Source of the DNA: Eledone cirrhosa
Taxonomy: Eukaryota
DNA: 64,000 bases
Direction: 5' to 3'
Assembly: GCA_964016885.1 (NCBI GenBank)
Contig: OZ024748.1
Span: 42,966,001 to 43,030,000, forward strand
Under the pieces are notes generated by a model. It had not been told where the DNA came from. It saw only the letters and a list, made by a program, of their open reading frames with translations, and ran no database searches. The position numbers and the translations under genes were made by a program. This document shows, piece by piece, positions 27,607 through 39,690 of the stretch. Positions within the stretch are counted from its first letter, which is position 1, and every line of letters begins with the position of its first letter.

Positions 27607-27610
<4 letters not shown>
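27185..27610 (+). mobile_element. Fold-back Penelope-like insertion (about 125-bp arms, spacer, tail)
   Basis: 27185-27311 is inverted against 27383-27510, and the tail runs into (TA)n. Confidence 0.65.
27400..27465 (+). ncRNA. Type I hammerhead ribozyme
   Basis: AUUUUAU CUGAUGA (27407) - stem II with UUGAA/UUCAA - GAAA UAUGUA UA (27458) AUAAAAU, giving a 7-bp stem I. Confidence 0.6.
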
Positions 27611-27638
<28 letters not shown>

Positions 27639-27962
27639 GCTAGTGTGGAAGATAGACGTTAAACGATGATGATGATTATATATATATATATATATCTGTA
27701 TTTTTAACCACTGGTCAATCAATGATAAACATTGATTGCCAAATAAATTAACTATGGAGATATAAAAGATACAGAAGCGAAAACCAAACAAACAGTGAAT
27801 GCGTTCTGTTATTATTTCTGGCAATATTACAACAATATGACCTTCCCCAAGTGTGTATATATATATATATATGTATGTAAAAAGTAAACAGAAATAACAA
27901 CACATCGGTACAGTATATGGAAGGTATATATTAGGTTAACGCTTGATATAGCAGGAAGAGGG

Positions 27963-27998
27963 TCTTAACGTTTCGGACGCTAGTCCTTCATCAGAAGA
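27963..27998 (-). ncRNA. Minimal type I hammerhead ribozyme (PLE type) in a ~190-bp dispersed repeat
   Basis: Minus strand reads UCUU CUGAUGA A GGAC UAGC GUCC GAAA CG UU AAGA. Same family as 43603. Confidence 0.75.
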
Positions 27999-28341
27999 AA
28001 GAATGAGAAATAAAATAGATTAAGGGGATGGGCAGGTTGGAATTGGAAAAAAATGTCTTTAGATAAAAATATTCCAGCTGTAAGAAACCCGGCCAAATTT
28101 AGTCCTCATTGGAGCAAGGTGCAACATGGTCAACTCTGATCAGACTTGCTTCTCGGCGTGGACACAAGCATGGAAAAATGGACACTAAACTGTAATGATG
28201 ATGACACACACATATATGTGTATGTGTGTTTATTGGAGCCATATTATGAGGAAGTGTGTACTGTTGATAATAGTGGTGGCCTGAATATTTCATGAATGAC
28301 TTACATTTCTTGTTTGTCATTTTCTGAAGATAAGTTGCAAA

Positions 28342-28775
28342 TAGAGATATCTACACTGCTGTCGTCTTGCCATGCAATATAGGGGCGGGGGGAGAGTTAG
28401 AGATATCACACTGATGTCATCTAGCAATATAGGGGCGGGGGGAGAGTTAGAGATATCTACACTGCTGTCGTCTTGCCATGCAATATAGGGGCGGGGGGAG
28501 AGTTAGAGATATCACACTGATGTCATCTAGCAATATAGGGGCGGGGGGAGAGTTAGAGATATCACACTGATGTCACCTAGCAATATAGGGGCGGGGGGAG
28601 AGTTAGAGATATCACACTGATGTCATCTAGCAATATAGGGGCCGGGGGGTGGAGTTAAAGATATCACACTGATGTCATCTAGCAATACAATATGGGGGGG
28701 GGGGGTAGAGATATCACACTGATGTCATCTAGCAATATAGGGGCGGGGTTAGAGATATCACACTGATGTCATCCT
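28342..28775. repeat. About 50-bp G-run minisatellite
   Basis: Unit AGAGATATCACACTGATGTCATCTAGCAATATAGGGGCGGGGGGAGAGTT. Confidence 0.9.
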
Positions 28776-28866
28776 CCCATGCAACTTACCGGGGAGTTTT
28801 CTTTCCATAACTAAAGTTTAATTTGAAATATATGTGTGTATGTATATGTATATATATATATATATA

Positions 28867-29310
28867 TATATTAATAAGAGGAATTCCAACTTTGTCTGAT
28901 TTACTCGTTTTATTTGCAAACCTTTAAAATATATATAATATGGTATTATAATGAAATAGTATGATAGAATATTAAATTCTAAGTGTTAATTGAACAAGTA
29001 CTTTCATGCTTTCGCAATCTTCAGGTTCATGATATGTGGTGACAGTCGAGTTTGTAATTTTCAACTGTTGAAAATTGCAAACTCGACTGTCACCACATAT
29101 CATGAACCTGAAGATTGCGAAAGCATGAAAGTACTTGTTCAATTAACACTTAGAATTTAATATTCTATCATACTATTTCATTATAATACCATATTATATA
29201 TATTTTAAAGGTTTGTAAATAAAACGAGTAAATCAGACAAAGTTGGAATTCCTTTTATTAATATAATCTTCACACAATCATACACACCCGTGTATATTTA
29301 CCTATCTATA

Positions 29311-29312
<2 letters not shown>
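28867..29312 (+). mobile_element. Fold-back Penelope-like insertion (about 199-bp arms, essentially no loop, short tail)
   Basis: Palindrome centred at 29066, with (TA)n on both sides. Confidence 0.7.
29103..29141 (+). ncRNA. Minimal type I hammerhead ribozyme
   Basis: UGAAC CUGAAGA U UGC GAAA GCA U GAAA GUAC UU GUUCA. Perfect 5-bp stem I, GAAA-capped stem II, palindromic AGUACU stem III. Confidence 0.78.
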
Positions 29313-29352
<40 letters not shown>

Positions 29353-29356
<4 letters not shown>

Positions 29357-29515
29357 AAAATGTTTGACCCTGATGGCAGAGCTCAAGGCGTTTTGACGGC
29401 TTGAGCTCTGCTGTCGGGTCAAACATTTTCCTATTACCCACTCTACTACCCTAAGTATTGAGTACTCTGGTGCATTATGATCCATCTGGTTCCTTTCCAC
29501 ACCTCCTTCGTTAGA
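29353..29515 (+). mobile_element. Short hairpin-plus-tail element in (TA)n (family also at 34647 and 35710)
   Basis: TAGGAAAATGT...GCAGAGCTCAAG / CTTGAGCTCTGC...ACATTTTCCTA inverted repeat, then tail CTCTACTACCCTAAGTATYGAGTACTCTGGTG. Confidence 0.65.
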
Positions 29516-29627
29516 AACAAATAACTTTTTAATTGAGATGTATGTATATATGTATAATAATAACGAAGACTAAAATGCTAAGGGGGCTCTATGGATTGTG
29601 TGTGTGTATATATATATATATATGTTT

Positions 29628-29957
29628 GGAGACACATGGCTTAGTGGTTAGAGCATTGGCCTTGCAATCGAAAGGTTGTGAGTTCAATTCTCAGACCGGG
29701 TGATGTGTTGTTTCCTTGAGCAAGACACTTTATTTCACATTGCTCCAGTTTACTCAGCTGTAGAAATGAGATGATAGGGACCCCAGTCCCTATCATCTCA
29801 TTCTACAAAGTGGTCGTGGAGGTGCCACGGCAAAAAAGCACCCAGCACTCACTATAAATGAAGTTGGTGTTAGGAAGGGCATCCAGCTGTAGAAATCGAG
29901 CCAAAATCAGTTCCCGTTGCACCCTTGCAAGCAGGGAAAAAGTGGACGTAAAATGAA

Positions 29958-29961
<4 letters not shown>
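29628..29961 (+). mobile_element. tRNA-derived CORE-like SINE (family A) with RTE-derived tail
   Basis: TGGCTTAGTGGTTAGAG A-box, GAGTTCAATTC B-box, CCTTGAGCAAGACACTT CORE-like motif, and a 3' end matching the LINE end at 32890-32935. Confidence 0.88.
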
Positions 29962-30000
<39 letters not shown>

Positions 30001-30004
<4 letters not shown>

Positions 30005-32936
30005 CGCAGATGCTGGAGAGAAGGCATGTGGATGTGTGCTGCATGCAAGATGCAAGAGGTGAGATGGAGAGGTGCCTCTGTGAGACTAATCGCAAGCAAA
30101 CATCTTAGTTATAAACTTTTCTGGGTAGGTAAGGATGATGGGTTAGGGGGAGTAGGCTGAGAGATGGATCAATAAGACAATAGAGGTAGTTCGAGTTAAT
30201 AATCAAATAATTAAGCTTAGGTTAGTTGTAGGCAGGAGACTACTGACAATCATCTCTGCCTATGCTCCCCAAGCAGGCCTAGGTAAAGAAGAGAAAGACT
30301 GCTTTTACGAGCAACTTTTGCAAACAACCGCAATGACTGAGGGCAGAGACATCGTTATGCTAGCAGGAGACTTCAATGGTCATGTTGGACAGCTCCAGGA
30401 TGATTACACTGGGGTACATGGTGGGCACGGTTACAGCTCAAGAAATGAAAAAGGAGTGAGATTTCTTGAATTTTGTGATGCAAGTACACTAACTTCCAGA
30501 AACCTACCAACCACCTAATAACCTACAAATCAGGAAAGCACATAAGCCAGATTGACTTCTTGCTAGTTAGGCAGCGGGACAGGCAGATGGTGTCAAATAC
30601 CAAGGCATACCCTGGGGAAGAATGTACCCCACAGCATAGGTTAGTCATTAGTGATATCTCAGTAAGCAAAAGATGGAATGAGACATACAGGAAGGTGTGG
30701 AGAAGAATGGTCTGGAAGCTAAAAGACCTTTCACTAAAATACAAATTTAGGAAAGCCCTTCAAGATGTGTATGATGAAAAAGAAGACGATTTAGAGACGT
30801 ACGACATAGATAATAACTGGAATTTCTTAAGTGACAACTTACTGCAGGCTACTGATGAAACTTGTGGCTGGAGCAGAGCTCCAACCAGACAGAGTGGCTT
30901 GGTAGTGGAACAGCGCAGTAGATAGGGCTATTAGAGACAAAAGACTAGCATGGAAGGCTTGGAAAAAGGGTGGGAGTAGAGAAGGATATACAGCCGCTAA
31001 GAGAGAAGCTAGACGTCAGGTGTACTTAGCATGCAGGGAGGCTGAGAGTAGGAGGTTTGCCAATGTTCTGCGATGGGAAGATCAGAGGCGTGCGGTGTTC
31101 CACATTGCAAAGCAGTGTGTCAATGCAAATCAGGATGTTGTTGGAGATAAATGTATCCGGAATGATGCCGGTGTACTTAGTGTCACGAATGATCAGAAAA
31201 AGGAGGCCTGGAAATGTCATTATGAGAGACTGATGAATGTGGAGAACGAATGGGAGAGAGAGAAATTACTCTCAGTAGATCCGACAGAGGGACCAGCTAT
31301 TGAGATTGACGAATATAGGGTCCAAGAGGCAATTAAGGAAATGAAAAATGGTAAGGCTGCTGGACCGTCGGGGATAGTTGCTGTGATGCTGAAGGCATCA
31401 GGGTACGTAGGCACTAAACTGGTTGCACGCATCATCAATCAGGCTATATATGGTGGTGTCATACCCAAAGACTGGTGCAGCAGTATTCTCATAAATTGCT
31501 ACAAAGGTAAAGGGGATGCTCTGGAGAGGAGCAATTATAGGGGTATAAAACTGATGGATCAGGTTATGAAAGTGGCAGAAAGGATATTAGCACAACTAAT
31601 TAGAGAAAGGGTCAAACTAGATGAGATGCAGTTTGGTTTTGTGCCTGGGAAAAGTACAACAGATGCCCTCTTCTTGGTGAGACAATTACAAGAGAGGTTC
31701 TGAGAGAAGAATAAGCCACTATACCTAGCCTTTGTTGACCTAGAGAAGGCCTTTGATAGGGTACCCCGATCTGTCATCTGGTGGTCCTTAAGGAAACTAT
31801 GCTTGGGAGGACAGTGCAAACTTTGTACAGAGGTGGTCAGTAAAGTCAGGGTAGGAATGGAGTTTAGTGAGGAATTCCAGATACAAGTAGGAGTACATCA
31901 AAGTTCGGTCCTCAGCCCGCTCTTGTTCATTATAGTCCTCCAAGCCATAACAGAGGAGTTTAAGACTGGCTGTCCATGGGAACTTCTCTATGCTGATGAT
32001 CTGGTTCTTATAGTAGAATCAGTAGAAGAGCTAGAGAATAAATTCTGGCTATGGAAACAGCAGTTGGAAGCAAGAGGACTGAGAGTGAACCTAGCTAAGA
32101 CAAAAGTGTTGATGAGTAGAAATTCCATCAGGGAAAGGGCCATGTTCAATATGCAGAAAAAGAACTGGCATAAATTCTATAAAATGCGCAGAATGCAGAT
32201 CCTGGGTACACAAGAGATGTAGTGGGATAGCAGGCAAACTAACAGGTAGGGAGAAATATGTATGCAGTAGATGTACAGGGAAATTAGACAGTAGAAGTCG
32301 CATTGATAGACACATTTTTCAAATGCAGGCGTGAGCTATAGAAGTGGTGGATAGCTTCCGGTACCTAGGAGATCAGATTAGCATGGGAGGGGGGTGTTCC
32401 GAGGCCATAGTATCTAGAATAAGAACGGGTTGGAAGAAGTTTAGGGAGCTGCTTCCTCTGCGTACGAAAGGCTGGTTATATGATGCCTGTGTGAGGAGCG
32501 CAATGCTGCATGATAGTGAGACTTTGGCAGCGACTGCAGAGGATATGCGACGGCTGGAGAGAAATGAGGCAAGCATGCTCCGTTGAATGTGCAATGTCAA
32601 TATGCATGAACGACCCAGCATAGATGTGTTGAGAGAGAAACTGTGTCTGAGAGGGATAGAATGTAGTGTGCGAGAGAGGAGACTGCGGTGGTATGGACAT
32701 GTGATGCGCATGGAGGATGACCGATGGGTGAAGAAGTGCCAGGAAATGCCAGTTGAAGGAAGACGTGGTAGAGGTAGACCACGAAAAACATGGGCGGAGG
32801 TGGTGAGAACAGACCTCTGATCGCTGAAGCTCACGGTGGAGATGACGAAGGACCGTGACAAGTGGAGAGATGCTGTGCTGAATAAGACCCGTTCCACCCT
32901 TGCAAGCAGGGAAAAGCGGACGTAAAATGATGATGA
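30001..32936 (+). mobile_element. Near full-length decayed RTE-clade LINE (APE endonuclease, RT, Cys-rich insert, C-terminal domain)
   Basis: SAYAPQ, AGDFNGHVG, IDFLLVR, NYRGIKL, QFGFVPGKSTTDA, FVDLEKAFD, LLYADDLVL, RLRWYGHV, GRGRPRKTW and a (GAT)n tail. Several stops (e.g. 31701, 32584) and frameshifts. Confidence 0.95.
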
Positions 32937-33109
32937 TATATATATATATATGTTTATATATATATATATAAACCGATAGAGCAAATATTTATTATTAGTA
33001 TAGATTAAAGTTTAACCAAAGAATTCCTGCTTTCACTGTATTACAGGATCTTCTGAAACTATATATATGTATGTGTGTGTGTCAAGACAAACAGCCTTTT
33101 AATCTCTTT

Positions 33110-33141
33110 CTCTTCCCCTCTCTCTCTTTCTCTCTCTCTTC

Positions 33142-33191
<50 letters not shown>

Positions 33192-33264
33192 CTCTCTATA
33201 TATATATCTCTCTATCTCTATATATATATATATATATATCTCTCTATATATATATATATATATA

Positions 33265-33301
<37 letters not shown>

Positions 33302-33454
33302 ATCTATATATATATATTTATATATATATATATATCTATATATATATATATATATCTATCTATATATATATATCTATATATCTATCTATCTATATATATA
33401 TATATCTATCTCTATATATATATCTATCTATCTATATATATATCTATCTATCTA

Positions 33455-33495
<41 letters not shown>

Positions 33496-33956
33496 ATCTA
33501 TATATATATATATCTATCTATATATATATATATCTATCTATATATATATCTATATATATATATATCTATACAAGAGGTGCTGCACCCCAGCCGTTTCTAT
33601 GAAAGATGGGTGAAAGTGGCGAGAATGGCCCGTGTGAATGGGCCTTCACTCTACATCAGACTATAGGTGAGGAAGATGAAAGACCAAGGGAGCACCCCTT
33701 CTCTGTGCTCCTGAGGAGAAGGGTTGCACACTTTTTTCGGGGGTGTGTGCGACCCCCCAAGGCGCCTCCTCTCTATTGAGGACTTTGTTATAAATTTTAT
33801 TTTTGTTATATTTTATTTTATTTTTATATATTGTTATTGCCTCCTCCTTATTGAGGACGCCTTGTTTTGTAAACTCCCCCATTGTACTTGTCCCACTTTT
33901 GATGCCCTGGTGGCAAATAAAAGAAACATATCTATATATATATATATATATATCTA

Positions 33957-34001
<45 letters not shown>

Positions 34002-34192
34002 ATATATATATATCTATCTATATATATATATCTTTATATATATATATATATATATATCTATATATATATATATCTATCTATCTATATATATATATATATA
34101 TATATATATCTATATATATATATATATATATATATCTATCTATCTATCTATATATATCTATCTATCTATATATATATATATATATATATATC
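33110..34192. repeat. (TC)n/(TA)n/(TATC)n microsatellite block, split by an insertion
   Basis: Direct inspection. Confidence 0.95.
33571..33928 (+). mobile_element. Probable Tx1/L1-like LINE 3' end inserted in (TA)n
   Basis: The frame [31 protein letters not shown] is followed by a UTR ending AATAAAAGAAACA, directly abutting (TA)n. Confidence 0.45.
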
Positions 34193-34646
34193 AGAATATC
34201 AGAGACAGTGAATGTGCTTTTTGTGTAAATGTATTTTTCAGTTCCTAGTTATTCCCATTACGTATTTACAAATGGGTAATAAATGGGATTATGTTATTAA
34301 AATTGTGCAAATTCCATTTGAATGGAGCATTGTTTGTGTTAAGGTAAAACTGTTGAAATGAGGTCATTATTGAAATTATTTGCTTGAATGACACTTCAAT
34401 ACCTGTTTCTTCCGTGTTGAGTAATTGGTCATGATATATAGTCAATATTTGTTCTGGATAGTTAGTTATCCTTTCCTTATATATATAATAGTAGAACACT
34501 GGTGGGTTATCTCCATAGTAGTAGAGCACTCAGTCCATGGGATGAGTTTGGTAGAAGTAGTTCTACAACAGTTAGTTCACCATTTCTGAGAACAAATTGT
34601 TTCACCTTATTTGGATCATCAGCTGGGTTTAAATCCTATATATATA

Positions 34647-34885
34647 TAGGAAAATGTATAACCCCAACAGCAGAGCTCAAGCCGTTCCGACGGCTATTTC
34701 TGGACGTATTTTGTAGGTATTGAATCCGAATCTCTCCTTAAATAAAGTGAGAGTCCAGAAATAGCCGTCGAAACGGCTTGAGCTCTGCTGTCGGGGTCAT
34801 ACATTTTCCTATTACACACTCTACTACCCTAAGTATCGAGTACTCTGGTGCGTTATAGTCCACCTGGTTCCTTACCACACTTACT
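34647..34885 (+). mobile_element. Hairpin-plus-tail element (longer copy of the 29353 family)
   Basis: Arms ~34647-34706 and ~34754-34812, followed by the shared tail. Confidence 0.65.
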
Positions 34886-35515
34886 TCATTATGTCCTCTG
34901 CAGTTGCTGCCCATGTCTCACTACCATGCAACATCGCCCTCCTCACACAGGCATCATACAACCGGCCTTTCGTACGCAGGGAGAAATCCTTCTTCGTCAG
35001 CAGAGGAAGCAGCTCCCTAAACTTCTTCCAACCCGTCCTTATTCTAGATACTATGGCCTCGGAACACCCTCCTCCCATGTTAATCTGATCTCCTGGGTAC
35101 CGGAAGCTATCCACCACTTCTATAGCACCCTCCTGCATTTGAAAAATGTGTCTATCAATGCGACATCTACTGTCTAATTTCCCTGTACATCTACTGCATA
35201 CGTATTTCTCCCTACCTGTTAGTTTGCCTGCTATCCCGCTACATCTCCTCTGTACCCAGGATCTGCATTGTGTGCATTTTATAGAATTTATGCCAGTTCC
35301 TTTTCTGCATATCGTACATGGCCATTTCCCTGACGGAATCAGAGTTTTGTCCTCTTTTCTACTCAACACTTTTGTCTTAGCTAGGTTCACTCTCAGTCCT
35401 CTTGCTTCCAACTGCTGTTTCCATAGCCAGAATTTATTCTCTAGCTCCTCTACTGATTCTGCTATAAGAACCAGATCATCAGCATAGAGAAGTTCCCATG
35501 GACAGCCAGTCTTAA
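34886..35515 (-). mobile_element. Internal RTE LINE fragment (RT to Cys-rich insert)
   Basis: KTGCPWELLYADDLVL...KWPCTICRK...HGSETW. Highly similar to 31960-32550. Confidence 0.92.
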
Positions 35516-35531
35516 ATATATATATATATAT

Positions 35532-35710
35532 AATTGTTTCTACTTTTGGCACAAGGCCAGCAATTACCCAGTGCATTACTGGTACTTTATTTTATCGACC
35601 CCGTAAGGATGAAAGGCAAAGTTAACCTCGGCGGAATTTGAACTCAGTCCGTAAAGGGACGTAACTATGCTGCAAAGCATGGTGCCCGACCCTCTATGAT
35701 ACTGCCAATC
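35532..35710 (-). mobile_element. SINE family B
   Basis: Reverse complement of 53851-54035. Confidence 0.85.
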
Positions 35711-37658
35711 TGGTTCCTTCACACACTTCCTTCATTATATATATATAATGAAGGAAGTGTGGTAAGGAACCAGGAGGACCATAACGCACCAGAGTACTCG
35801 ATACTTAGGGTAGTAGAGTGGGTAATAGCCGTCGGGGTCCTGACTCTGTTCATATATATCATCATCATCATATAGTTTTTACGACCACTTTTCCATGCTT
35901 GCATGGGCTGAACGGGTCCTTCTCAGCAGGGCATTTCTCCACTTGTCACGTTTTCTGTATATATATATGCAATGATGATATATATATATATACACACGTG
36001 TGAGGCAGTTGATTTGGCAAAGTCAGTAGAGCATCAGTTGATCCAAGTCTCTGTATTTTCAGTTCAAGTCCTGCCAAGGTCCACTTTACCTTTCACCCAG
36101 TGCTGGTGTCCTCTCTCTCTCTCTCTCCTTCCAGCTGTCACATCATTGAAAATCCACATAAATTGAGGGGCCTCTCTGCATCTTATTTTTGTTTTATGTA
36201 CTGTATCAACTTGAGTATAAGGTGACCCCACTATTTTATTTTACGTCTGAGAAATGGGCAAAAATCCAAACTTTATTTTCATAGAATTTGAAGTTGGTGA
36301 AAATCACCAAAATATTGACTCCTGAGTATAAGACCATCCCTCCCATTTTGTGTGTGTGTGTGTGTGTTGGGGAGTTTTACATATATTCAAGTATATATGG
36401 TAATATTTTGTCAAAAATTAAAGAACCTCTGATACTTTCCCAGTTTCTCCATGTTGATTCTTTCTTTACCGTATTTCTTATGCAATAAACCATTTCAATA
36501 AATTAATTAAACATTTCTGAGAATAAAATATTTATTCCATTAAGATGGTATTTGTATCAACCTAACAAAATGGTTTTATATTAAATTATATCGGTGGATT
36601 TTAGTTCAAATAGGAAGGAACTCTTTAAAAATGTGAGGCTTTTCATAGAAATAGAGTTGGTTTTATTTAGGCTGGGTTGGTATTAAATGGGTTAATATTG
36701 TAGTTTGGAAGAACTGCAGAAGTACAAACTGCTGCACCTCCCTCTCTCTGTCCCTACCATCTTATGTTTGACTAACTCAAACTCCTACTCCACCCTCTTC
36801 TAATTAGTGATGAAAAGCCAGTCACTCCTCTTCTCCCTCCCTGTAAACTCTACCTATTTTTTCTTTCTCTTTTGTCATTACTACCCCTCTTCCCCTCTCC
36901 ATCATAACTACCCCTATTCCCCACCCCCATACTACTCCTATTGCCCCACCCCCACCATAACTGCCTCTATTCCTCCATCATAACTACCCCTATTCCCCAC
37001 CCCCATACTACTCCTATTGCCCCACCCTCACCATAACTACCCCTATTCCCCACCCTCACCACCAGAACCATTCCCATATTTTCACTGACTCCATTCCTCC
37101 ACAATACAAATTAGAGACACAAGACTAAAAACTAGAGTAAATAAAAGTAGTTTACTTCATATTTATATTTACCTTATATTTCCTGATATTTCAGGGTTTA
37201 GGACCCCTCTTTTAAAAGAAAGGAAATATAGTAGTGATGATGATGGTGGTGGTAGTGGTAGTGGTGGTGGTGGTAACTGGCTTTCTTCCTTATCAATCTT
37301 AACTAAAATTATGTACAACAACCATATATACTCGAATATAAGGCAACCCCACTCTTACCATTGTTTTTTTGTTGATTTTTTTCTTTGTCACATATTTCTT
37401 GGCTTAAATACAAGTATATGCGTATATATGGTAAGTTTTAATGATCAGCCTAAATAAAACCAGTTCTGTAACAAAGCTACACATTTTTAAAGAGTTTCTT
37501 CCAATTTGAAATAAATCCCTTAATTTGACATAAAACCCTAATATTTGAGACATTTAATTGGGGTTTCTTTTAAAGTCCCTCAACATAATTTGATATAAAA
37601 CCCTTAATATTTAAGACATTTTAATTAGGGTTTCTTTTCCTTTTCTTCTCTTTTGCAG

Positions 37659-37793
37659 CTCCCATTCGAAAGGACTATCACAGCGAAGATGAAACAGATT
37701 TTATCAAACCCATGTCTCGGTTGCACCCTATCCGTCGTAGCTCAAGTGCAACAACACGTAAATCCTCAGGACTTGCTAGGGCGGTTACAACAG
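37659..37793 (+). CDS. CLASP: CLASP exon, linker before TOG2 (phase 1-1)
   Basis: Long pyrimidine tract, GCAG acceptor and GTAATA donor. PIRKDYHSEDETDFIKPMSRLHPIRRSSSATTRKSSGLARAVTT resembles the FDDEDSVD plus S/R-rich linker of vertebrate CLASPs and joins in frame to 52746. Confidence 0.8.
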
Positions 37794-37992
37794 GTAATAC
37801 CTACATATACAATATTGTTCTTTTATTGGTTTCAAGTTATTAAACTTATGCAATACTATTTAGTTCTCACCCACCTCTCATGTTAGGCTTACAAATTATC
37901 TCTGCCCATGTATGGAGATTTTTATGTAAATATACGAAATAGATTTCTTTTTTAAAAGATGAAAACAAAAAAAAAGTAACGAAAAAAAAACC

Positions 37993-38040
<48 letters not shown>

Positions 38041-39524
38041 AACATGTATACATACTTTTATTAGAATGCTGTTGAAGTGTGTATACATTTTTTGGGGACA
38101 GTCTGTATTTTGCTTTCTTGAACGTTGAAAACTAGCTGTTATGTTAAGTTTTAGTGTTAGGTATTTTACTAGCCCTCCTCTCCCACTACTGGGTATAAAG
38201 GAAGTGAGTGTGGTTGGAGGGAACTTTCTAATTGGACCAGTTTGTTGATGATGGATATATATGATAGGCAGTCTGCTGTAAATCTTCTTCCAGCGCCACT
38301 ATCAACACATTTTGTCATGTTTATGCAACTCCTTCATGACTACCACCAAGAGAAATCTGGTTAATTTTCAGGTATTAAACATTTTAAGAACAGCTGCCAG
38401 ACTTAATAAAACCATAAATAAATAAAATGTTGTTTTTTTCTCTCCCCCTCCCCCCACCTAGTGTAAGTTTCATGAAGTACCTTGTGTCTCATGAGTCTGT
38501 CAAGATTTTCAATAAAAACCATTGTTTAAATCCTGTCTTACTTATGGGACACACAGTATTATTAATGCTTTTTATATTAATATTTGTTTTTTAATAATAT
38601 TGATATTTCAGGCGTGTTAACATATTAACTGGCCAAACTTGTTAATATTCTTTCTTTATTAATCTGTTTTTAACGAAGTATCACCTCCGATACTCTGGCA
38701 GCCAATATGTTAATACACTCTGCTGATTTTTGTTATTATTTTTCATTTAACCCTCTTGTTACCACATTTTTAATAAAAAAACACTACCCAGGATTTCAGC
38801 GATTTAGTCATGCATCTAACTTTCTCATTATTTATTTAATGTTTGGAATGTAACATAACAAAGGTTCTGACATAGGATTATGTAAATATAAACACTTTAA
38901 CATTAAACAGCTATCTATCATAGAATTAGGGGTTTGCAAGGAGTTTAGTGTGAAAAGTGTTAAATCTGTGGTTTTAAGAGTTGAAATTAATGCAAGATTT
39001 CACAGCTCTCGCATCACTCCTTCATAGTCAGCCTATGAACTTTTCAGCACACTCTCGTGCGTGTATATATATATATATATATAATGTGTATAGTTATATA
39101 TATATATATATGTATAGTTATATATATACGTATATGTATATGTATAGTTATATATATATATGTAGTTATATCCCAGCCAGTATTTTGTTGGTATGTCTCT
39201 TAATTTTTCTAAGGAGCACAATCCTGGCACATGTATCATAGAGCACCCCTCCCATATAGCACACCCCTCATATAGCACTTCACCCTGCCCCACCCACCCC
39301 GTATAGCACCTCACCCTACCCCGTTCTCATTATTAAGACTTACATATGTAAACATGAGTCCGTTGTAATTTCCAGTCACTTCATGCTATAGACATCTACC
39401 ACCCCAACCCTGTAGCTTACCTAAATAAACCTCAATTGTCTCAGCAGCCTTAGAACAATTCCAGTTAGGCAGCCTATCTTTAAGAGTGTTCTGTTTAGTG
39501 CTTAATCTAAGGACCATCTACCTA

Positions 39525-39558
<34 letters not shown>

Positions 39559-39649
39559 GTATGTATAAAATATGTGTATATAGTGTAGTACTTCATATAT
39601 GTATGTGTGCATGTATACATATATATGTGTGTGTATATATATATATGTA

Positions 39650-39690
<41 letters not shown>

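Noticed and set aside
29628-29700. tRNA gene
   Set aside because: The A and B boxes continue into a SINE body found in several copies, so this is a SINE head.
33071-34248. Long YI/IY-rich ORFs here and at 39.5-42.5 kb and 52.0-52.3 kb
   Set aside because: Translations of (TA)n, (TG)n and (TATC)n microsatellites.
37653-37886. 77-aa ORF-track frame MQLPFERT...
   Set aside because: The CLASP-like reading is in a different frame bounded by splice sites.
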